The notes: generated by a model from the letters alone, not told the origin. 52,333 bases of DNA from a bacterium (GCA_021796415.1 JAJYJC010000004.1:1-52333); one strand, 5' to 3'. Numbered from the stretch's first letter, positions 1 through 9,892 are shown. A program made the numbers and translations.

Positions 1-186
1 GACACATTTTTTATCTTAAAAGTTAAAAATATAACCTTTTATGGCTTTAGAAGGGAATTAAATACCGATTTCAGCCACCCAAAATCAAGCATTAAGCCGG
101 AAAAGAGACTGTAGTAGAGCGTTTGATGTCATGTCGCACAATGTATCTTCTACGACTCTTTAGAAGTTGATCCAGGTGTCCGCTAT

Positions 187-1002
187 CTACTTATAGAATA
201 CCCGGTTTTTTATTCTCATATCGAGATATGTAAGGTTTTTGCGGGATTTAATCTCATTGCTGCCCAGAGCAGTCACTAGATTGTTTAGCTCATTTGCAGG
301 ATCCCTGGTCGTATCAAAAACTATATAAAAACCAAGACTTGAATAAACATTAACTTCGTTAAAGTTTTCGTTTATTTCTATACTCGTAATTTGCCCACGG
401 GTGGCACCGGAAAAGTTTTGACCAATATATTTAATAAAATTAATAAAATCAGTGGTCACTAGGTTCTTCCCTATTTCAATAGGTAAATTCTTTTTGTCCG
501 TAACTATTGGCAGGTTTTCTCTTTTTTTATCAAGAACGGCGGCAGCCCTTCCCTTTTCATCAATTAAATAATATTTCCCGCCGCTCATCCATTGCATCTC
601 GGACGTGTATTCTTCTATCGTGACCTTTATGCCTTTGGGGTATTCTTTCTGTATTTTTAATTTTTTTAATGAGTAATCCTTTTTCATTTCCTGGACAAGT
701 GAGTCGGTGTCAAACAAGAAGATATTTTTCTGAACAAGCTCGCTATCCATTTTTTTATCAATCATTGCATGAATAACTCCGGAATCTATCTCTTTAGTCC
801 CCTCTACCTTGACACTGCTTACAGTGAAAGCTCCTGAGAAAAACATTAAATAGAGAATTCCCAAAACAAAGAAGCCGGCTAATACATAGAATATCTTATT
901 AAAATCAAACTCAGCGGGGGAGTCGATTTCTGTTCTCTTGTAAACGAGTTTATTCTGTGCTGCCTTTGTTCTGTCGGCTCTTTTCGGAACGCTTCTTTTC
1001 AC
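187..1002 (-). CDS. ftsQ: cell division protein FtsQ/DivIB
   Basis: Single N-terminal TM helix, POTRA-like segment (V.VEG...YPKGIKVTIEE), C-terminal YLDMRI; last gene of the dcw run. Confidence 0.85.
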   Translation of the reverse strand: MKRSVPKRADRTKAAQNKLVYKRTEIDSPAEFDFNKIFYVLAGFFVLGILYLMFFSGAFTVSSVKVEGTKEIDSGVIHAMIDKKMDSELVQKNIFLFDTDSLVQEMKKDYSLKKLKIQKEYPKGIKVTIEEYTSEMQWMSGGKYYLIDEKGRAAAVLDKKRENLPIVTDKKNLPIEIGKNLVTTDFINFIKYIGQNFSGATRGQITSIEINENFNEVNVYSSLGFYIVFDTTRDPANELNNLVTALGSNEIKSRKNLTYLDMRIKNRVFYK

Positions 1003-2155
1003 CTTTCCCCTCTTCCTTTAAAGTGTCTTTGTAAAATGCAATTAGATTATCAGCAATTATATCAGCTGAGTCCTCCTTGTAAAATTTATGTACCTTCTCT
1101 TTTAGATAATCAAGCTCCTCTTCGTCATTTAATAGCTTATCAACCTGACTAAACAGTTTCTCTGGCGCCAAGTGGCTTTGAAGCATAACATATGCGGCAC
1201 CTTCCCTGGAAAACGCCTTTGCATTTTCTAGTTGATGATTGTTCGCCGACGACTCATTGGGTATAACAACAGAAGGCTTACCCAGAGCGGCCATCTCACT
1301 CCAAACATTGTTGCTTGCCCTTGTTATAATCAAATCTGCTACAGCAAAAGCATCTTTTAGTTCTCCCGACATAAAACTATAAAGCTTATACCGTTCTTTA
1401 TTTTTTATATCTTTGGTTTTAAATTTTAGCCAATCATAGTCATAATCTCCTGCCACATGTATGACTTGATATTTTTCCAGATATTTTTTCAATCCCTCAT
1501 AAACAAGCATATTTATAGCATGCGCACCCTGACTACCGCATATTATTAGAACAGTTTTCAAATCACTATCTAGGTCAAAAATTTCGTATGCCTTATCTCT
1601 GTTCCCCTTCAATATGTCTTTTCTAACAGGAGTCCCTGAATATACAAGCTTATCTTTCGGCATATCTCTATAATGATTGGTTGGAAAGGAAACAAATATC
1701 GTCTGGGCTCCTTTTAAAAGCATTCTATTTGCAAGCCCGGGAATAACATCACTCTCATGAATAAAGTAGGGAACCCCCTTGATGCGGCAGGCGATACCAA
1801 AAGGCAGAGACACGTATCCGCCCTTCAGGAAAACCATATCCGGACCTTCTTCTTTGATAATTTTAAAAGAATCGAAAATGCCGAGAATAAACTTTGATAG
1901 ATCCCTGGCATTCTTAAATATAGTTGTCGGATCAATGATGTTTAATATTTTATTTCGATGATATCGCCTAAACTTGCCGCTTCTTACCGATAGCATGGGC
2001 ACATTTGCCTGCGGCATGAGCTTCTCCTCCATGCCGCCCCTTGAGCCCACAAATAAAAGTTTTGCGTTTTTGTTTTTATCTCTTAATGCGTGAATGATTG
2101 CCAAGAGCGGCGTAACGTGACCCCCCGTTCCCCCGCCCGCTAGGATTACTTTCAT
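950..2155 (-). CDS. murG: UDP-GlcNAc:lipid I transferase MurG
   Basis: GGGTGGH, GGYVS, HESD, GSQGA and HQ..NA motifs; start set at ATG 2155 (MKVILAGG). Confidence 0.95.
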   Translation of the reverse strand: MKVILAGGGTGGHVTPLLAIIHALRDKNKNAKLLFVGSRGGMEEKLMPQANVPMLSVRSGKFRRYHRNKILNIIDPTTIFKNARDLSKFILGIFDSFKIIKEEGPDMVFLKGGYVSLPFGIACRIKGVPYFIHESDVIPGLANRMLLKGAQTIFVSFPTNHYRDMPKDKLVYSGTPVRKDILKGNRDKAYEIFDLDSDLKTVLIICGSQGAHAINMLVYEGLKKYLEKYQVIHVAGDYDYDWLKFKTKDIKNKERYKLYSFMSGELKDAFAVADLIITRASNNVWSEMAALGKPSVVIPNESSANNHQLENAKAFSREGAAYVMLQSHLAPEKLFSQVDKLLNDEEELDYLKEKVHKFYKEDSADIIADNLIAFYKDTLKEEGKGEKKRSEKSRQNKGSTE

Positions 2156-3284
2156 TTCCAACCCTTTCTCTGGTGCTAGATGATATGTTTAATAAGATTC
2201 CGCAAGACGCGATCATCAAAACGATCGATGTCCCGCCAAAACTAATAAAAGGCAGCGTCACGCCGGTCAGAGGCACAAGCGATAAAGCCGCGCAAATATT
2301 TAAAATGGCCTGGAAGACAACCCAACTGGTTATACCAACGGCAATGAGCCTTGTGTATGCATCCTTTGTATCCTTTGCAATTTGATATCCCAAAAACCCA
2401 AAGGCAGCAAATAAGAAACAAATGCCAATCGTACCCAAAAGACCCTTCTCTTCACCTATTATAGCAAATATTGAATCGGTTGAAGCCTCGGGCAGATATC
2501 GGTATTTTTGCAGGGATTGTCCAAATCCCCTGCCTATAAGCCCGCCTGAGCCGATGGCAATGAGCGCTTGTTTTGTCTGGTATCCAACTGCATGATCCGC
2601 ATATTGGCTTGGGTTTAAAAATACTAAAAATCGTTGCATTCTATAGGGCGATATTTTTATTAAAGCCAAGAGGCCCGCTACGCCCGTAGCGCCTATGCCA
2701 AGAAGGTGGCTGGCCTTTGCTCCCGACACAAAGTACATGGTTATGGCGATAACAACTATGACAAGCAAGGTACCCATGTCCGGCTGAGCCATCACTAAAA
2801 TCACCATGACACCCAGCAAAGCAAGGAAAGGAAGCGTGCCGCGCATAAAATCCCGCACGTCTTGGCCTTTTTTTTCAAACAAGCTGGCAAGATATATAAT
2901 TATTGAGAATTTAAGAAGGTCAGACGGCTGAATCTGGATTGGGCCAAGATCAATCCACCGCCTGGCTCCGCCGTGCTGCACGCCAATGTGTGGAATTAGA
3001 ACCGCAACGAGCGCTATTAAACTCACTGCAATCAGAGGGAAAGAAACCTTCTTCCAAAACTTCACGTCTATTTTATAAAAAGCTCCCATCAAAATGAAGC
3101 CGAGAATAATGCCAAAAACTTGTTTTATAAACATGTATCTGGAGTCGCCATATTCCTGAAAGCTGATAACGCTTGACGCGGAGCTTAAAAAAATTATCCC
3201 GAATATAACAAGCAAGACTATAACCACAAATAAGCTAAAGTTTGGGGCTCTTTTTCTTAAATGCGCCTTTGAAAAATTACTCAT
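2076..3284 (-). CDS. ftsW: SEDS peptidoglycan polymerase FtsW
   Basis: GARRWI, QPSD, QPDMGT, YLPEASTDSIFA and LPFISFGGTS motifs; dcw position. Confidence 0.95.
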   Translation of the reverse strand: MSNFSKAHLRKRAPNFSLFVVIVLLVIFGIIFLSSASSVISFQEYGDSRYMFIKQVFGIILGFILMGAFYKIDVKFWKKVSFPLIAVSLIALVAVLIPHIGVQHGGARRWIDLGPIQIQPSDLLKFSIIIYLASLFEKKGQDVRDFMRGTLPFLALLGVMVILVMAQPDMGTLLVIVVIAITMYFVSGAKASHLLGIGATGVAGLLALIKISPYRMQRFLVFLNPSQYADHAVGYQTKQALIAIGSGGLIGRGFGQSLQKYRYLPEASTDSIFAIIGEEKGLLGTIGICFLFAAFGFLGYQIAKDTKDAYTRLIAVGITSWVVFQAILNICAALSLVPLTGVTLPFISFGGTSIVLMIASCGILLNISSSTRERVGNESNPSGRGNGGSRYAALGNHSRIKR

Positions 3285-4313
3285 TTAACCGTAAATAAAT
3301 CTTAAAACTAAACCCAAAACGCAGGCTATGGCTCCTATGATCCAAAATCTCATGGTGACTTTTGTCTCCGGCCATCCCTTTGCCTCAAAATGATGATGGA
3401 TGGGAGTCGACAAAAATATCTTTCTGCCCCACAGTTTCTTCGCGAAAAGCTGTAAAATCACCGATAACGTTTCAACCACAAAAACAAAGCCTATTATAGG
3501 CAGTACGAGAACTGAATTGGTAAGCATCGCAACCACGCCAAGTGTCGCCCCCATAGATACTGCTCCCGTATCACCCATAAAAAACCTGGCCGGATAAACA
3601 TTGAACCAGGTGTATGCGAGTATGGCGCCGATTAAGGTACCGCAAAATGCCGCGATGCCGTAGTTGCCCTGGAAGAAGGCTATTATTAAAAATGTTAGAA
3701 ATGATGCTGAGAGTAAGCCTCCGGACAATCCGTCTAGGCCGTCTGTTATATTTACCGCATTTGCGCTTGACACAAAAACTAAGACAAACAACAAGATATA
3801 TAGCCAGCCAATGTGCACATCGCCGACAAAAGGAACATTTATCGCATTGTATCCGAGCTTAAAATAAAACCACAGAGAACCGGCAAGCGCGATAATGAGA
3901 AGCCAAGACATTTTTATCTTTGCCTTGAGCCCGCCGACGCCATTTCCACCAGATTTTATATTTACAACATCATCAACTATTCCGAGCAATCCGACCGAAC
4001 CAATGGTAAAGAGCGGCAACCATGTCTGAGCCCTATTTAAATTAAAGGCTACTGTTAGAACAAGCACCGTCCCCCAAATAATCACGCCTGCCATAGTCGG
4101 TATGTTTCTTTTGTGTTTTTCCTTGTGGAGTTTGTTGAATACGGGGGTTTCGTCGCCGTTCATATCAGTTCCCCTAATTTTCTTCCACCATTTGTATTTA
4201 TAGGCAAAATGTGTGAAGACGGGCGCTATCAAAAGCGCCATGACAAATGAAGCTCCTGATAGCATACCTATCTTCAAAAGCTGTTGTACCATTTCCGGAT
4301 TTGTTATGTTCAT
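3285..4313 (-). CDS. mraY: phospho-MurNAc-pentapeptide transferase
   Basis: PTMAG, DD, NAVNITDGLDGL, FMGDTG and PIHHHFE motifs. Confidence 0.97.
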   Translation of the reverse strand: MNITNPEMVQQLLKIGMLSGASFVMALLIAPVFTHFAYKYKWWKKIRGTDMNGDETPVFNKLHKEKHKRNIPTMAGVIIWGTVLVLTVAFNLNRAQTWLPLFTIGSVGLLGIVDDVVNIKSGGNGVGGLKAKIKMSWLLIIALAGSLWFYFKLGYNAINVPFVGDVHIGWLYILLFVLVFVSSANAVNITDGLDGLSGGLLSASFLTFLIIAFFQGNYGIAAFCGTLIGAILAYTWFNVYPARFFMGDTGAVSMGATLGVVAMLTNSVLVLPIIGFVFVVETLSVILQLFAKKLWGRKIFLSTPIHHHFEAKGWPETKVTMRFWIIGAIACVLGLVLRFIYG

Positions 4314-4336
4314 TCCCTGCTCATAATTTAATTAAT

Positions 4337-5581
4337 TTACTTATTTTCCCATTCCGGGCCTTGTCTGCATAGAAGCTTTGGGGCATCATCCGGGTTTTTC
4401 ATAATTTCCCTTACGGCCTTTTCCATCCTGGATGCGTTTTGCGATCCTTTCAGTAGAATGACGTCGCCTTTTTTGATGAAATCTTTAAGGTATCCACCAG
4501 CTTCAAGAGAATCCTTGAAACTCAAAACGCTTTCCTTTTTTGCCCCTCCTTGGATAAATGTCTCTGCCAGATATTCTCTGGGGGTGTCACCCACCGTTAC
4601 TAGAATATCACATTTTCCGATTAAATATGCGCCAATTTCAGCATGAGCTTCTTTTTCGTAATCTCCAAGTTCTCCCATGGTACCCAACACGGCTATTCTC
4701 CTACCCTTAAAATCTGCTAAGGCGTCTATGGCGTTTTTCATGGAGGCGGGGTTTGCATTGTATGAATCGTCGATGATGGTAGAATCATTTATGCCCTTAA
4801 TGACATTCAACCTGCCTTTAACCGGGATAAATCCGTTCAAGCCCTTGATAATTTCCGTAACATTCATGCCTGACCCCACACCGACAGCTGCCGCGGCGCC
4901 AAAAACATACAAAAGATGGCCACCCAGCGCCCGCGTTTTTATTTCCGCGCCTTCGCCTTCAATATTTAATTTGTTTACGGACCCTTTTTCAGAGACCTTC
5001 TGACCAACAATGTGTATTTCTTTCGATTCCCTGCCAAATGTTATTTTCCTTGCCTCCTTTGGAACTTTCATATTTTTCACATATTTATTGTCAGCGTTTA
5101 AAATCCCAAAATCGCCTTCTTTAAGCCCGGCAAAAATCTTTGCTTTCTCTTCTACGATTGAATCTATGTCTTTAAACTCCTCGAGATGCACGCCGGATAC
5201 ATTAGTCACGACAGCTATATTTGGTTGGACAACACTCAATAGATATTCTATGTCACCCGGTTTGTCGGCACCCATCTCTAAAACGCAATAATCATACTTT
5301 GTTTTTCTCAACGCCCTAGAAACAGAAATTATTGTAAGCGGCAACCACCCGGCTTTAGACTTTGGAACCTTCATTTGGAGTATTGCCAGAGGCAGCCCAA
5401 ACTCGGTATTATACCCTTCTTCTGCGGTTAAAACTTCATATTTAGAACTTAAAACAAGGCTTATAGCCTTTTTTGTTGACGTTTTCCCGGTACTGCCCGT
5501 GACCGCAACTATTTTATATTTATTTCTCTTTAAGGCTATCTGTGCTGATAGCCTTAAAATGTATTTTACAACCGTTTTCAT
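4337..5581 (-). CDS. murF: UDP-MurNAc-tripeptide D-Ala-D-Ala ligase MurF
   Basis: VTGSTGKTSTK, LEMGA, DDSYNANP, MGELG and KGS motifs; likely start ATG 5581 overlaps the ftsI stop (TAATG). Confidence 0.9.
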   Translation of the reverse strand: MKTVVKYILRLSAQIALKRNKYKIVAVTGSTGKTSTKKAISLVLSSKYEVLTAEEGYNTEFGLPLAILQMKVPKSKAGWLPLTIISVSRALRKTKYDYCVLEMGADKPGDIEYLLSVVQPNIAVVTNVSGVHLEEFKDIDSIVEEKAKIFAGLKEGDFGILNADNKYVKNMKVPKEARKITFGRESKEIHIVGQKVSEKGSVNKLNIEGEGAEIKTRALGGHLLYVFGAAAAVGVGSGMNVTEIIKGLNGFIPVKGRLNVIKGINDSTIIDDSYNANPASMKNAIDALADFKGRRIAVLGTMGELGDYEKEAHAEIGAYLIGKCDILVTVGDTPREYLAETFIQGGAKKESVLSFKDSLEAGGYLKDFIKKGDVILLKGSQNASRMEKAVREIMKNPDDAPKLLCRQGPEWENK

Positions 5582-7305
5582 TATTTCTCCGTTGGTGGAA
5601 TTTGGTAATAGTTTAGAAGCTTCTGCAGCATCTCTCCAACTGTAGGTGCGGCCGAGAGTTCTGCCCAATCCACATTTTTTGGTTCGTCAATTTTTGCCAT
5701 AACTACGAACCTCGGATTTTCAGCTGGCGCAAAACCAATAAATGATCCGATTTCCCTATTGGCATAATAACCGCCCTTAGGATCAGGCACCTGGGCCGTA
5801 CCGGTTTTGCCGGCCACCTTATATCCGGGAACTTTGGCTAGGTGCCCTTCGCCGTGATCCACCGTATCAATAAGCATTTGCGTAAGCTTTGTCGCTGCTT
5901 CCTGGGAAATAGCTTGTTTCCCCGGCTTTTCATCACCGCCACCAACATCTTGCCCGCCAACAGCCTTGCCTTCAAGCAAGTATGGCTCCATCATTTTACC
6001 ACCGTTTGCAATTGCTGCATATGTGGTAATCATTTGGAGAGGTGTTACACCGATACTTTGCCCAAAACTCATCGTTGCATAAGTATGGTCATTGGATTCG
6101 GCGGGCAAATTTATAATGCCGCTAGCTTCCGTTCCCTGAGGAGCCTCAATGCCAGTAGGCAATCCGAAGCCAAATTTTTTTACATAACTATAAAAAAGAT
6201 CTTTGCCTAAAAGTTTCTCTACATAAGATGCCCCAGTATTTAAAGAGTATTCTAAAACGAAAGTCATATTTACTTTACCATAGGCCTTCAAAAGAGCATT
6301 TTTAATTGTATATCCATCTAAAGTTACGCTTCCAGTGTCAGTAAAAGGGGTGTCCGGTTCTATTTTGCCTGTATCAAGCCCGGCTGCCATAGTAATTGCC
6401 TTAAATATTGATCCTGGCTCATACAAATTACTAATAGCGGAATTTTTAAACAAAGAATAATCCTTAACATCATTATATTTATTCGGGTCAAATGTGGGAC
6501 TGTTTGCCATAGCCATTATCGCACCCGTCTTTGGATCCATGACAATTATCGACCCGGATTTTCCACCATACTTTTTTATCGCATTGGCTAAGGTATTCTC
6601 GGCCATAGCCTGAACATCACGATTAATTGTTAAAACGATATCTTGGCCATCTTTTGCGGGAACCGAAACATCACGTCCTGTAAGTATCTTGTTGCCCAGT
6701 GAATCCGATTCCGCCTTGTATAAACCCGGTGTGCCTTTTAAGGTGCTATTAAAGTACTCCTCAATCCCACCAACGCCGTTATCATCACCGTTAACATAAC
6801 CCAGAACTTGGCTTGCAAGCTCATTTTCAGGGTAAACGCGCCACGACTCCGGCTCGAGCCCTACAGCCGGATCGTTTAGGCTTTTAATGGCTTTAGTTTC
6901 TTCATCGCTGATTTTCTTTTTGATGGGAATATATCTTTTAGATTGCGCTGTACTAAAAAGGTTTAGGATATCCCCCTTATTCATATTTAAAATTTTGGCT
7001 AAGTTTTCGGCTGTTTTATCCTGGTCCTTACTGTTTGCCAGGTCGACAAAGGCATTATTTAAGGTTTCATTGGTCGCCAGAGGATACAGGCTTCCATCCA
7101 TATCCTTAACGTAAATAGTGCCTCTTTTAGGCTTAATTTCGTATTGCGACCATTGTTGTTGCTTCGCCGCATCAGCATATGTCTTGTTTTCAAAAACTTG
7201 CAATTGAAACAAACGAATACATATCGCTACAGTAATGATCACCATGAAGATAAATAGATATTTTATCCTTTTCTTTTGAATTTGTAGGTTTTGGTAGCTT
7301 TTCAT
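5581..7305 (-). CDS. ftsI: class B penicillin-binding protein FtsI/PBP2
   Basis: N-terminal TM, RGTIY and R.YP; catalytic SIFK, SLN and KTG motifs. Confidence 0.93.
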   Translation of the reverse strand: MKSYQNLQIQKKRIKYLFIFMVIITVAICIRLFQLQVFENKTYADAAKQQQWSQYEIKPKRGTIYVKDMDGSLYPLATNETLNNAFVDLANSKDQDKTAENLAKILNMNKGDILNLFSTAQSKRYIPIKKKISDEETKAIKSLNDPAVGLEPESWRVYPENELASQVLGYVNGDDNGVGGIEEYFNSTLKGTPGLYKAESDSLGNKILTGRDVSVPAKDGQDIVLTINRDVQAMAENTLANAIKKYGGKSGSIIVMDPKTGAIMAMANSPTFDPNKYNDVKDYSLFKNSAISNLYEPGSIFKAITMAAGLDTGKIEPDTPFTDTGSVTLDGYTIKNALLKAYGKVNMTFVLEYSLNTGASYVEKLLGKDLFYSYVKKFGFGLPTGIEAPQGTEASGIINLPAESNDHTYATMSFGQSIGVTPLQMITTYAAIANGGKMMEPYLLEGKAVGGQDVGGGDEKPGKQAISQEAATKLTQMLIDTVDHGEGHLAKVPGYKVAGKTGTAQVPDPKGGYYANREIGSFIGFAPAENPRFVVMAKIDEPKNVDWAELSAAPTVGEMLQKLLNYYQIPPTEK

Positions 7306-7329
7306 ATGGCACCCGAAACTGTAATTTCA

Positions 7330-7668
7330 TTATTTATCAAATGCCACATTTGTTTGTGAGTTCACATAATCTACTTGTTTGGTTGGAACCATATCGGTCT
7401 TGGGAACGTCTTTTTGTATCCCCTGGATGGATTCTAGCCTCGCCGCCTCTACTTCTAACTGCTGGTTCTCGTCGGACAATTCCTTCGTCTTTTGCTCTAA
7501 TTTGGCAATTTTGTCACCTTTCATGGTCATTTGGTTGGTCTGTGACAACAGAAATATGCATATGGGAAGAATGATAAAGACTGCCGTGAAACCAATGGCC
7601 ATCTTGCCCATTTTGAATTGTCTTTTGTACCTTTTGTTAAAAACTTTTTTCTTTTTTCTGTTTCTCAT
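7330..7668 (-). CDS. ftsL: FtsL-like cell division protein
   Basis: Basic N-terminus, one TM, coiled coil; lies between rsmH and ftsI; AGGAGG SD. Confidence 0.75.
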   Translation of the reverse strand: MRNRKKKKVFNKRYKRQFKMGKMAIGFTAVFIILPICIFLLSQTNQMTMKGDKIAKLEQKTKELSDENQQLEVEAARLESIQGIQKDVPKTDMVPTKQVDYVNSQTNVAFDK

Positions 7669-7699
7669 GTCTTCCTCCTTTTTGTTTTTGTTTTAATCA

Positions 7700-7717
7700 C
7701 CTGCCTGCCGGCAGGCC
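7700..7717. repeat. GCCTGCCGGCAGGC mini-palindrome
   Basis: Related units at 11902-11918, 19876-19895 and 36148-36162. Confidence 0.7.
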
Positions 7718-7740
7718 CTCCTTTAAGATGTTTGCTTGTT

Positions 7741-7820
7741 ATTGGTTAATTGGTTTATCGGTCAGTTGGTATGCGGGGTTATTGTGCACTACCCATAAAC
7801 CCATGCGCCTATTTACCTAT
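7741..7820. repeat. family C 8-nt-periodic hairpin element
   Basis: (TTGGTTAA)-like arm followed by (ACCCATTA)-like arm; contains the rsmH stop. Confidence 0.75.
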
Positions 7821-8744
7821 CTTTTGTATTACTCTGAGTTTTGCGCTTCTCGATCTCGGATTTTCATTTAATTCCTCCTTGCTTGCCGTTATCGGCTTTT
7901 TTGTAAGGATTTTTACCCTTTTCTCGTGTCCGCACTGACACTTTGGAATCTCCGGCGGGCAGATACACCCTTTTGCTTCTTTCTTGAAATATTGCTTTAC
8001 AATGCGATCTTCCATCGAATGAAATGTTATCACCCCAAGTCTTCCGTCTGTTGCTAGTAAATCAATTGCTTGTGGAAGAAATTTTTCCAAGCTTCCAAGC
8101 TCATCATTTACCTCAATCCTTAATGCTTGAAACACTTGGGTTGCCAGATGTATTTTGCCCCTTTTAAGCCCCTTCTTCTGATATGTTTTCTCGACTAACT
8201 CTGCCAGAGTTTTTGTAGTTTTTAGAGACTTAGAGCCCCTTATCGCCACAATTTCTCTCGCTATTGTCTTTGAAAGCCTCTCTTCGCCGTATCTTTGGAA
8301 TATCCCGACCAGATCTTCTTCGCCGTAATCGGATAAAATCTTTTCGGCGGTCAATTCCCTGTCTTTATCCATTCTCATGTCAAGCGGGCCGTTTTCCCTG
8401 AAGGAAAATCCCCTTTCCGGTTGGTCCAGTTGATATGACGAGACTCCTATGTCGGCTAGTATCCCGCTTGCTAGATTTAATCCCTTTCTATCAGCAATTT
8501 CGCTTATTTGTGAGAAATTTGCCTTTTCTATGATTAGGTTTGGATATTTCGGCGCTAAATTGGCTTTTAGCCAGTCTACAGCTTCCTGGTCTTGATCTAA
8601 TCCCAGCAACGTGCCTTTGGGACCGATTGCGCGCAAGATAGCTTCTGCGTGGCCGCCAAAGCCTATTGTCGCATCGATAAAGACCTCGCCCTCTTTCGGA
8701 CTTAAATGCGCTAAAACTTCTTGTAAAAGTACGCTCTTATGCAT
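7809..8744 (-). CDS. rsmH: 16S rRNA m4C1402 methyltransferase RsmH (MraW)
   Basis: HKSVLL, DATIGFGGH, RGFSF, PLDMRM, FQALRIEVN and NPRSRSAKLR motifs; start ATG 8744. Confidence 0.97.
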   Translation of the reverse strand: MHKSVLLQEVLAHLSPKEGEVFIDATIGFGGHAEAILRAIGPKGTLLGLDQDQEAVDWLKANLAPKYPNLIIEKANFSQISEIADRKGLNLASGILADIGVSSYQLDQPERGFSFRENGPLDMRMDKDRELTAEKILSDYGEEDLVGIFQRYGEERLSKTIAREIVAIRGSKSLKTTKTLAELVEKTYQKKGLKRGKIHLATQVFQALRIEVNDELGSLEKFLPQAIDLLATDGRLGVITFHSMEDRIVKQYFKKEAKGCICPPEIPKCQCGHEKRVKILTKKPITASKEELNENPRSRSAKLRVIQKIGK

Positions 8745-8863
8745 CGTTTCACTTTCTAACGAATTAAGAATCAAACGAATCTACAAATACCGCTAATTTT
8801 TACTAACCTATTTGTAACTGTTTGGAACATTTGTAGATTTGTTTAAAAATTTGTAATACGTTA
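8745..8863. repeat. family A hairpin element (diverged copy)
   Basis: Shares AAACGAATCTAC...TTGTAGATT..TTTGTAAT.CGTTA with copies at 30300, 32590, 34453 and 43117. Confidence 0.75.
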
Positions 8864-8871
8864 CTCACTAC

Positions 8872-9082
8872 TTTTCCATAAGTAGCCGGCAGCAACCAAA
8901 TGGGTAGAACTTTTTAGGTTCTCGTTTTTATTTTTGTTTTTTAGAACAAAAAGCAGGATTTTATTGGGCTTAAATTTTTGAGAACATCCGGCGAGATGCC
9001 GGATAAATTTAAGAGATGGATGTTGTTTAGATTGAGTTTTTCAACTCTAGGTTCGTGATTACTACCAGCTATTTACGGAAAA
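8872..9082 (-). ncRNA. candidate structured RNA (27-bp closing stem, four internal hairpins)
   Basis: 8872-8898 pairs with 9056-9082; five of six differences are G-U pairs on the minus strand; internal GAAA tetraloop hairpin. Confidence 0.65.
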
Positions 9083-9095
9083 ATTATCATATTTA

Positions 9096-9108
9096 GTTGT
9101 CAAGGTTC
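9096..9108 (-). promoter_or_regulatory. boxA-like element GAACCTTGACAAC
   Basis: Resembles rRNA-leader boxA (GxxCyTTGAmAAC); no -10 at 17-bp spacing from its TTGACA. Confidence 0.4.
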
Positions 9109-9149
9109 AGCTCAATCTTCTTTGAATTCTCGTAACTCTTGCGGTTCTG

Positions 9150-9240
9150 AATTTTCAACGACCAATTTTCAATTTCCAATCAATTTCTAATTCTCAAATT
9201 GGGATTTTATTGGATATTGGTAATTGGAAATTAGTCATTC
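9150..9240. repeat. family D 7-nt-periodic AT-rich hairpin element
   Basis: (TTTCAAT)n arm followed by (ATTGG.A)n arm, downstream of mraZ. Confidence 0.65.
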
Positions 9241-9254
9241 AATAAATCAATGTG

Positions 9255-9686
9255 CTACATTTCAAGCGATTCGAGCTGTTCTGCTATCTGTGTCGAATCC
9301 TTTTCAACCCTAGCCTTATACTCTTCCCATTCCTTGGTGTCCCAAACCTCAATTCTTGAATAAACGCCAACTATTACCGCATTTGTCTTTAACTTTGCAA
9401 ACTCCCGCAGGTTTTGTGGGATGTTTATTCTTCCCTGTTTATCAAGACTGCAATCGTTTGCGCCGGACAAAACCATTCTGGAAAATGCTCTGGCGTTTGC
9501 TTGGGTGTAGGGCATGCTTGAAAGCTTTGGTGCGATTTTCTCCCATTCTTCCTTCGTATAGACAACCAGAACGTTCTCGAGGCCTTTTGTGATGACTACG
9601 CCATCGCTCAACTTGCCCCGGAACTTTGCCGGTAGAGCTATTCTGCCCTTCTCGTCTATGGAATGTCTGTATTCGCCTATAAACAT
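9255..9686 (-). CDS. mraZ: dcw cluster transcriptional regulator MraZ
   Basis: MFIGEY, DEKGRI.LP, DKQGRI.IP and RIEVW motifs; start ATG 9686. Confidence 0.97.
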   Translation of the reverse strand: MFIGEYRHSIDEKGRIALPAKFRGKLSDGVVITKGLENVLVVYTKEEWEKIAPKLSSMPYTQANARAFSRMVLSGANDCSLDKQGRINIPQNLREFAKLKTNAVIVGVYSRIEVWDTKEWEEYKARVEKDSTQIAEQLESLEM

Positions 9687-9696
9687 TTCTTTAAAT

Positions 9697-9742
9697 CCCC
9701 ACTTTTCACCACTTTCAACCATTTTACCCCACCCATAACCAC
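9697..9742 (-). promoter_or_regulatory. MraZ-binding direct repeats (DCW box)
   Basis: Five (G/A)TGG units at exact 10-bp period (CCAC/CCAT at 9699, 9709, 9719, 9729, 9739) just upstream of mraZ. Confidence 0.85.
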
Positions 9743-9856
9743 GTTGTAAAGACTTTTTTACCTATAGCCCCACTTGATGGATGAAGTGCATTTTTGAGCA
9801 CAAAAACCGGTTATTTTGGTACGATTTTGTGCTCAAGCGTGTCTTTGTCCACAAAA

Positions 9857-9892
9857 ACAAAAAAGAGCCTTTCAAAAATTGCTCTTTTTTGT
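9857..9892. terminator. intrinsic terminator downstream of csaA
   Basis: ACAAAAAAGAGC...GCTCTTTTTTGT inverted repeat with T-tracts on both strands. Confidence 0.55.

Noticed and set aside
104-160. Weak hairpin downstream of ftsQ
   Set aside because: Many mismatches, single copy, and context truncated by the window edge
5938-5970. Imperfect 15-nt tandem in ftsI (GKAVG/GQDVG)
   Set aside because: Two weak units in a variable loop; consistent with local slippage or chance
9098-9103. TTGACA as -35 of an internal rsmH promoter
   Set aside because: No -10 at 16-18 bp; GATAAT is only 9 bp away
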